Shown here piece by piece: positions 58,002 to 64,000 of a DNA stretch of 64,000 bases. The stretch is from a virus. Made by a program: the position numbers and the translations under genes. The notes beneath the pieces were generated by a model. The model was given only the letters and a program-made list of their open reading frames with translations. It did not search any database and was not told the DNA's origin. Within the stretch, counting starts at the first letter, position 1; every line of letters starts with the position of its first letter. The stretch spans positions 1 through 64,000 of IMG/VR virus record IMGVR_UViG_3300034200_001099. One strand, 5' to 3'.

Positions 58002-59132
58002 TTAGATATAATCATCAAACATTTCGTTTATATATTTTTGAGTTGTGGACCAATCTGGATAATCAGGGGTTGTAAAATTTATACATTCATAATCCTGATC
58101 GTAGATTAATTGTTTCATCAAAGTAGTATACCTACCAAAATGGTCTAAATATGAATCTGAATACGATTGACCTTTATTTAATTCTAAAAATAAAGTGATG
58201 TTTCCAACAAAATCTCTAATTTTAATATAATTTAAGTATGTGGTTACTTTCTTACCATCCGATTTGGTGGTTTCTTTTGGGGCCTCATCAATTTTTCCTT
58301 CAAAGTATTCATCTAAACCATTATATACTAATTCATATATTTCATTTTCATATGCAGAATTATAAGCGTTCCAATAAATATTTTTTAATTCTTGACCTAA
58401 CTCACTTAAATCATTTTCACATAGTTCGTTTATTGCGTCGGAATCTTTAATTAATTCATTTAAGTCTTCAGCTTGAATTTTAAAATAACCTTCAGTTTCT
58501 TGTTCTTCTGATAAACTTTCAAAAAAATCGGAGCTATAATCTTCTAAAGATAACTCAACATTACCAATTTCTTTAAAAATGGTATCTTTTAAATGAATGG
58601 TATTTTTTTCATTTAAATCGTCAATAACATCAGATGGTTTTGTATCATTATCAAAATACCAATCGTTACCTAAACCATCTTCGCTAAATACTCGTTTTGC
58701 AACATCTTCAGGAGAACTATCACGACGAGAGGAACCACAGAAAAAAGAAGCCAATTCATCTCTATCATTACCTAAATATAGATAGAACCCATCAGGTCTA
58801 ATTTCAACATCACCTAAAATGTTGCTTGTAATATATTTAACGGTATTTTCATAGTTATATTCTAAACCATGTAGTAAATAATTGTTTTGAAACTCTTCTG
58901 GAACAGAATTATAGTCTAAATTAGCCATAATACCATTCTCAACCAAATAATCAAACAAATCATTGCTAAAATCATCGGGAGGAATCTCTCTTAAATCAAG
59001 ATCCTCTAAAAGATTGTATCTTTTTATAAGTTTAAAAAAATTTATTAATGTATTGAAATATGGTTTTATCTCATCTTCATACTCACCATCATTAAATGAT
59101 TCTATTAAATTTTTTACCCTCGCTAAACTCAT
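58002..59132 (-). CDS. Acidic hypothetical protein
   Basis: Likely start MSLARVKNLIE at 59132, 5 nt from a minus-strand TATTTAT. Confidence 0.65.
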   Translation of the reverse strand: MSLARVKNLIESFNDGEYEDEIKPYFNTLINFFKLIKRYNLLEDLDLREIPPDDFSNDLFDYLVENGIMANLDYNSVPEEFQNNYLLHGLEYNYENTVKYITSNILGDVEIRPDGFYLYLGNDRDELASFFCGSSRRDSSPEDVAKRVFSEDGLGNDWYFDNDTKPSDVIDDLNEKNTIHLKDTIFKEIGNVELSLEDYSSDFFESLSEEQETEGYFKIQAEDLNELIKDSDAINELCENDLSELGQELKNIYWNAYNSAYENEIYELVYNGLDEYFEGKIDEAPKETTKSDGKKVTTYLNYIKIRDFVGNITLFLELNKGQSYSDSYLDHFGRYTTLMKQLIYDQDYECINFTTPDYPDWSTTQKYINEMFDDYI

Positions 59133-59203
59133 ATTGTATAAATATCTATTAAGCAAAAAAGGTGCCCCAACGGAACACCCTTATCTCGATGATACAAAAA
59201 ATA

Positions 59204-59359
59204 TTATCTTCTATAATATTTGTTGATGATTTTTTTCACATTCTCTTGAACATTTGAACCATTTGATGGTTGTTGAGGTTGTGCTTGAGGTTGTGCTTGA
59301 GGCTGTGCTTGAGGTTGTTGAGCCTGTTGATTAGCTTTGTTTTTACATCCGCAACTCAT
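59204..59359 (-). CDS. Small MSCGC-start Gln/Pro-repeat protein (51 aa; not in ORF track)
   Basis: MSCGCKNKANQQAQQPQAQPQAQPQAQPQQPSNGSNVQENVKKIINKYYRR; 12-bp repeat; minus-strand TATTTAT upstream. Confidence 0.65.
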   Translation of the reverse strand: MSCGCKNKANQQAQQPQAQPQAQPQAQPQQPSNGSNVQENVKKIINKYYRR

Positions 59360-59466
59360 GATAAGTATTTTTAAGTGGTTTATTTATCTATAAATAGTAT
59401 ACAAACAAACTTTAATCCAAAAAAAATAAAAATCAATTATTTTTCTTTTGTTATATTTATAAAAGT

Positions 59467-60681
59467 ATGTCAATAAAGAAGTTTTTTAAAAATTATATTG
59501 TAGAACAAGATGAAAACCTTGTTTCAATTTCTCCTGAGGATTATTTGGAATTATTGGAAAATGTTGGAGGAATTGCCGAAAGGATCTCAAAGTTAAAACC
59601 GTATAGAGGTAAAGGTATTGTTATTACTGGACCAATAAATGTTAGCAATTATAAAAATATTGGACCACTTACAGGTGTTGCAAGAATAATGGGCAGATTA
59701 GATATTTCTAATACCAATATTTCAAATCTTAATGGAATTACAGTCGATGGTTATGTTAGTGATTATGGATCTTCTATGTGGAAGATTAAAATGCAACAAA
59801 AATTAAATGAAAAACTTTCAGACTTGGATGAAAAAAGAAGAGAAGATGAATGGAATGTTGAAAATCAAGACGATGAATCTGAAAGAACTGAAGCCTTATA
59901 CAAATATTTAAATCAAAATGGTGATGTGGATATGGTTGAAGACGACGAAGGAAATGAAGTTCCTGAAGATAAGTATTATATCAATCCTAATGGAGGGGCA
60001 ACCTATGGTTACGGAAAACAATATCAATGGTTAGGAGGAGGTAATGGGTTTAACCCCAATGAATATGATGTTTATACTGAAGATGAGGCAGATAGTGCCG
60101 CAAGACGATATGTTGAAAATTTAGTTGATGATTCAGGAATAGATGCTTTTAGTTCTTGGGCATTCAATGAAGCTTTAGATGATAAACAATGGTATAATTG
60201 GTTATATGATTACTACGATGATTATGTTAGATCATCTCCTGAGGATTTTGATATACCTTTAGAACTATCAAATCAACAAATGAAACAAGTTCAACAACTC
60301 CAATCAAACATAGATTCACTTAATAAAAGATTAGAAAGTGAAGATTTACCTGATGAAAAATATGAAGAAATTGAAGTAAAAATTGAAGGATTGGAAGAAA
60401 TAATTCAAGAAATCAATGATGATCCACAAGGTGAATATGATGAAAGTTCAATTGAAAATGAAATTACAGGTAGAGTTGATGAATACCAAAACGACATTTT
60501 TGGGTTTATTGATCATTATGGTTATGATAAAGACTTTATCATGGAGTTTATTGATTTAGATAAACTAACGGAAATAGTCTTAAGTTCTGACGGATATGGT
60601 AGTATGTTAAATTCTTACGATGGTGATTATGACACTTTTAATATAAATGGAACTGAGTATTATGTAATGAGGGTCAATTAG
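59467..60681 (+). CDS. Acidic hypothetical protein with beta-solenoid-like N-terminal part
   Basis: MSIKKFFKNYIVE; ITGPINVS..IGPL / IMGRLDIS.TNISNL repeats; TATTTAT 6 nt upstream. Confidence 0.65.
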   Translation: MSIKKFFKNYIVEQDENLVSISPEDYLELLENVGGIAERISKLKPYRGKGIVITGPINVSNYKNIGPLTGVARIMGRLDISNTNISNLNGITVDGYVSDYGSSMWKIKMQQKLNEKLSDLDEKRREDEWNVENQDDESERTEALYKYLNQNGDVDMVEDDEGNEVPEDKYYINPNGGATYGYGKQYQWLGGGNGFNPNEYDVYTEDEADSAARRYVENLVDDSGIDAFSSWAFNEALDDKQWYNWLYDYYDDYVRSSPEDFDIPLELSNQQMKQVQQLQSNIDSLNKRLESEDLPDEKYEEIEVKIEGLEEIIQEINDDPQGEYDESSIENEITGRVDEYQNDIFGFIDHYGYDKDFIMEFIDLDKLTEIVLSSDGYGSMLNSYDGDYDTFNINGTEYYVMRVN

Positions 60682-60721
60682 CCCTTTATTTGTTTTATAT
60701 TTTGCATTATTTTTATTTTTA

Positions 60722-61498
60722 ATGACACGAAGAAAAAAAATACAATTTTTAATGAACACCGATTGGATGTTTGAAAAACCAATTGATCAAGAATACAAAG
60801 AATACAAACTACTTTCTTACTTTCAAAAGATGGGAGAAAAACTGGACAAGTTAGAGTTATACCCAAGCTTTATTGAATTATCTTTACATTTAATGAATGT
60901 CCAAGCGCTTGTTAGAGATCATAAGATTGTTTATACCGACAAAAAACTTACAAACGTAGATGATGAAATACTGGTAAAAGATCTTAAAGTTAGGGAACTT
61001 CCAGAAATGTCAAATGAGGAATTACAAGAGTTTCAAAAAATATTATCATATTCTGCTCCAAGAATGATGGAATATTTTAATGTTGCAAAATCTGTTTGGA
61101 CAATAGTGTTTGATTCTTTAGACATGGTAATAAAAAGAAATAAAAAAAATGTATTACATCAAAAAGGTTTTTTTTATTATATTGACAACGAAAAAAAATA
61201 TTATGTTTGGGAATATATCATGAAAAAAGAAACCAAACAAAATCCACAACAAATGATAAAAATTGAATTAATTTATGATAATTTAATAAATGATTTGACA
61301 ATTTCTAAAATAATTAATAAATTTTCTTCGTTTGATAGTATTGATAAGAAAATGGGACCTATTTTTTATATGATATCAAGTGGGATATTCCCAATTCAAG
61401 AAACGTTACTTCCAATGTTTAAACGAAGAATTGCGGGGCACATTTCACAAACAAAAAAATACGAACAAGTAATGCAAAATAAAAATGGGATTCAATAA
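60722..61498 (+). CDS. Hypothetical protein
   Basis: W....ID.EYK.Y.LL.Y.Q...LYP...EL..H motif; 258 aa. Confidence 0.65.
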   Translation: MTRRKKIQFLMNTDWMFEKPIDQEYKEYKLLSYFQKMGEKLDKLELYPSFIELSLHLMNVQALVRDHKIVYTDKKLTNVDDEILVKDLKVRELPEMSNEELQEFQKILSYSAPRMMEYFNVAKSVWTIVFDSLDMVIKRNKKNVLHQKGFFYYIDNEKKYYVWEYIMKKETKQNPQQMIKIELIYDNLINDLTISKIINKFSSFDSIDKKMGPIFYMISSGIFPIQETLLPMFKRRIAGHISQTKKYEQVMQNKNGIQ

Positions 61499-61537
61499 AA
61501 TTTTGACAAATAAGATTTAATTGTTTAAATTAATGGT

Positions 61538-61666
61538 ATGATAGAAATAGATGTATATAAAATAATTAAAGAATTAATTGCACAATACCCAAATGATACA
61601 GAATTGGGTAAAAAGGTTAGAGATCTGGTTTATGGAATTAAAAAAATAAAACAAAGTGGGATTTAA
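61538..61666 (+). CDS. Small YPND-motif protein (42 aa; not in ORF track)
   Basis: MIEIDVYKIIKELIAQYPNDTELGKKVRDLVYGIKKIKQSGI; preceded by TTGACA-N17-TAAATT. Confidence 0.6.
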   Translation: MIEIDVYKIIKELIAQYPNDTELGKKVRDLVYGIKKIKQSGI

Positions 61667-61838
61667 TAAAAGAACAATTTCTAAAAAACATATCCTTAAT
61701 AATTTGGATAACATAATGAATTATCTAGACGCTGATGCGGTATTTACCACCGACGAATTTTCACTCAACGTTTATCGACTATTCAATCAAGGAAAATCAG
61801 AAGAAGAAATATTAGAATACATAAATAATAATATATGA
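61656..61838 (+). CDS. Hypothetical protein (MGFNKR start)
   Basis: GTG start; ATGA overlap with glutamine synthetase. Confidence 0.55.
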   Translation: MGFNKRTISKKHILNNLDNIMNYLDADAVFTTDEFSLNVYRLFNQGKSEEEILEYINNNI

Positions 61839-62956
61839 AAATCAAATTGGAATACATTTGGCTAGATGGATATAAACCAGAGCCAAACCTTAGAAGTAAA
61901 GTTAAGATTGTTGAATACAATTCAGTTAGAAACGCATTTTTAGATGGTAATTTTCCTATGTGGAATTTTGATGGGTCATCAACTAACCAAGCAGAAACTG
62001 GAAACTCAGATCTTATTTTAAAACCTGTTAGACATTATATGAAAGACATGACATCAACGGTTTATGTTTTATGTGAGGTATTAAATCCTGATGGGACAAC
62101 ACACGAGTCAAATAAGAGATCAAGTATTGGTGAAGGTTTTGAAGACCTTTGGTTTGGTTTTGAACAAGAGTATTTTATCTACGATAGAAAAAATAAATGT
62201 GTTTTAGGTCACGATGAAAACAACTTAAAACCACAGGGTAAATATTATTGTGGTGTTGGTGAATATGTTGTGGGTAGAGATTTTGTTGAAGAACATACAA
62301 ATATTTGTTTGAACTATGGTATTGACATTACCGGAACAAACGCTGAGGTTGCTTTAGGTCAGTGGGAATATCAAGTATTCTCTCAAGGTAAATTAAAAGG
62401 TGGTGATGACCTTTGGATGACAAGATACTTTTTATATAAAATCTCTGAAAAATATGAGTATCGGATTGAACTTCACCCTAAGCCAATAAAATATGGTGAA
62501 TGGAATGGATCAGGTCTTCACACAAACTTATCAACAGACATTATGAGACTTGATGGGAACGAAGAATACTTCATGGCATTATTCAACGCATTTGAATCAA
62601 GACATGAAGATCATATTAAGGTTTATGGATCAAACAACAATCTAAGATTAACAGGTGAATATGAAACTCAGGCAATTGATAAATTCAGTTGGGGTGTATC
62701 TGATCGTGGAGCTTCAATTAGAGTTCCTCAGGACACAGCAAAAGAATGGAAGGGTTATATTGAAGATCGAAGACCAGGATCAAATGCCGATCCTTATAAG
62801 ATCATACGTGAGATTGTTAAATCACTTGAGTTTACAGAACAAATATATGATACAAAACATATGATGACATCATTTGTTGATATAAATGGTCTTAATGGGA
62901 AATACGGAACAATGTCTAACGATGAGTTATTAAAAGAATATAGAGAAGAAGAATAA
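61835..62956 (+). CDS. glnII: Glutamine synthetase type II
   Basis: EYIWLDG, WNFDGSST, WFGFEQEY, NAEVALGQWEYQ, WNGSGLHTN, RGASIRVP and EDRRPGSNADPY. Confidence 0.93.
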   Translation: MKIKLEYIWLDGYKPEPNLRSKVKIVEYNSVRNAFLDGNFPMWNFDGSSTNQAETGNSDLILKPVRHYMKDMTSTVYVLCEVLNPDGTTHESNKRSSIGEGFEDLWFGFEQEYFIYDRKNKCVLGHDENNLKPQGKYYCGVGEYVVGRDFVEEHTNICLNYGIDITGTNAEVALGQWEYQVFSQGKLKGGDDLWMTRYFLYKISEKYEYRIELHPKPIKYGEWNGSGLHTNLSTDIMRLDGNEEYFMALFNAFESRHEDHIKVYGSNNNLRLTGEYETQAIDKFSWGVSDRGASIRVPQDTAKEWKGYIEDRRPGSNADPYKIIREIVKSLEFTEQIYDTKHMMTSFVDINGLNGKYGTMSNDELLKEYREEE

Positions 62957-63237
62957 TGGATAATGAATGTGTATGTGGTGGCACCGGACTCTGTCAGTGT
63001 CCACCGATAAAAATAGAACAAGTTAATCACCCTAACCATTATGGGGGAGAAAATAATGAATATGAAGCTATCAAGGTGATTGATGCTTGGGATTTAGGAT
63101 TTAGTTTAGGAAATACAGTAAAATATATTAGTCGTGCAGGAAAAAAAGGAAAATACAACGAACTCGAGGATCTCAGAAAAGCCCTATGGTATCTCGAACA
63201 CCACATCAAAAAAATTGAAGAAAAAAACAGGTTTTAG
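62956..63237 (+). CDS. DUF3310 family protein
   Basis: VNHPNHY...EAI..I....F.LGN.VKYI.RAGKK...EDL.KA.WYL. Confidence 0.85.
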   Translation: MDNECVCGGTGLCQCPPIKIEQVNHPNHYGGENNEYEAIKVIDAWDLGFSLGNTVKYISRAGKKGKYNELEDLRKALWYLEHHIKKIEEKNRF

Positions 63238-63529
63238 TAAAGAAATCTCAGTTTTAGACGCAATCACAACACCAAATGAATTACTACGAGAAACTCTCAT
63301 AAATTTTATGTGGGGGTTTCTTGGAAACTCTATTGTTGTGTTTGTAGCAAAGGAACTGGACTTTTTAGTTTTAATAAACTATATTGTTTATTACGTTCTA
63401 ATTTCGTATATTGTAAATAGGAAAAAGTATGACACAATTTTAGGTAAGTTTATAGTTCTTCCTGGATCAGCGGCAGCAGGAGCATTCGCAGGGTATAAAT
63501 TAGCACAGATAATTACAGAAATAGTTTAA
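63134..63529 (+). CDS. Membrane protein (start uncertain, possibly ~63215)
   Basis: Three hydrophobic segments in the C-terminal 80 aa. Confidence 0.55.
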   Translation: MQEKKENTTNSRISEKPYGISNTTSKKLKKKTGFSKEISVLDAITTPNELLRETLINFMWGFLGNSIVVFVAKELDFLVLINYIVYYVLISYIVNRKKYDTILGKFIVLPGSAAAGAFAGYKLAQIITEIV

Positions 63530-63534
63530 ATAAG

Positions 63535-64000
63535 ATGATAGAAACAGGAAAAATAATAAATGGGGATTGTATTGAGGTAATGAAAACTTTACCTGAAGGT
63601 AGTGTTGATTTGGTTGTGACATCACCACCATATAATTGCGGGATTAATTATGATACCCATATCGATACTTTACCTATGGATGATTATTGGGGGTGGACAA
63701 AAGAATGGTTAGAAGAGGCTTACCGATTACTTAAAGATGATGGTAGAGTATCAATTAATATACCTTACGAAACAAATGTTCAAGGCAGAGGTGGAAGAGT
63801 ATTTTTTGTTTCAGAATTTTATCAGGTAATGAAACAGGTTGGTTTTAAATTCTTTGGTATTGTTGATCTTGAGGAAGAATCACCACACAGAAGTAAGACA
63901 ACAGCTTGGGGTTCTTGGATGAGTCCGTCTAGTCCTTATATTTATAACCCTAAAGAGTGTGTAATATTGGCTTATAAAAAACAACACATTAAAAAAATTA
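63535..64000 (+). CDS. Beta-class N4/N6 DNA methyltransferase, N-terminal part (runs off the right edge)
   Basis: MIETGKIINGDCIEVMKTLPEGSVDLVVTSPPYN...YRLLKDDG. Confidence 0.85.
   Translation, partial: MIETGKIINGDCIEVMKTLPEGSVDLVVTSPPYNCGINYDTHIDTLPMDDYWGWTKEWLEEAYRLLKDDGRVSINIPYETNVQGRGGRVFFVSEFYQVMKQVGFKFFGIVDLEEESPHRSKTTAWGSWMSPSSPYIYNPKECVILAYKKQHIKKI

Noticed and set aside
1-64000. Stop-codon reassignment as in some Bacteroidota phages
   Set aside because: Genes are full-length and tightly packed under the standard code, and TAA, TAG and TGA all terminate genes.
1-64000. Eukaryotic giant virus or cellular origin suggested by LRR, GSII, DnaJ and the plant-like GT
   Set aside because: The sigma70 factor, intrinsic terminators, coupled operons, baseplate genes and peptidoglycan amidase all point to a bacteriophage.

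Overview
AT-rich, gene-dense segment of a large (jumbo-type) tailed dsDNA phage genome using the standard code; identifications come from motif recognition, not database searches. The host is probably Bacteroidota: TAnnTTTG promoter elements, few obvious Shine-Dalgarno sites, SprB-like repeats, a Bacteroidota-type RpoD-like sigma and an Hc1-like protein. Layout: 1-22.5 kb is a baseplate/tail module with large Cys-rich and Pro/Thr-repeat proteins and an embedded glycosyltransferase. 22.6-33 kb is replication/recombination (RuvC-like, primase, PD-(D/E)XK nuclease, SbcD/SbcC). 33-35 kb is a repeat-flanked restriction-modification-like cassette with a split methyltransferase, followed by a sigma factor and a candidate pseudoknotted small RNA. 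Next come a putative lysis block and putative internal head proteins, including a tandem array of unrelated proteins sharing one N-terminal leader peptide. The window ends with auxiliary genes (thioredoxin, glutaredoxin, glutamine synthetase II, a methylase); DnaJ and a Dam-like methylase lie at 44.6-46.7 kb. The best candidates for undescribed systems are (i) a GT96/GT95-like protein O-glycosyltransferase among mucin-like virion proteins, (ii) a leader-peptide cargo-loading array, (iii) the ~145-nt structured RNA and (iv) the order-swapped split m6A methyltransferase with a GIY-YIG-like nuclease.
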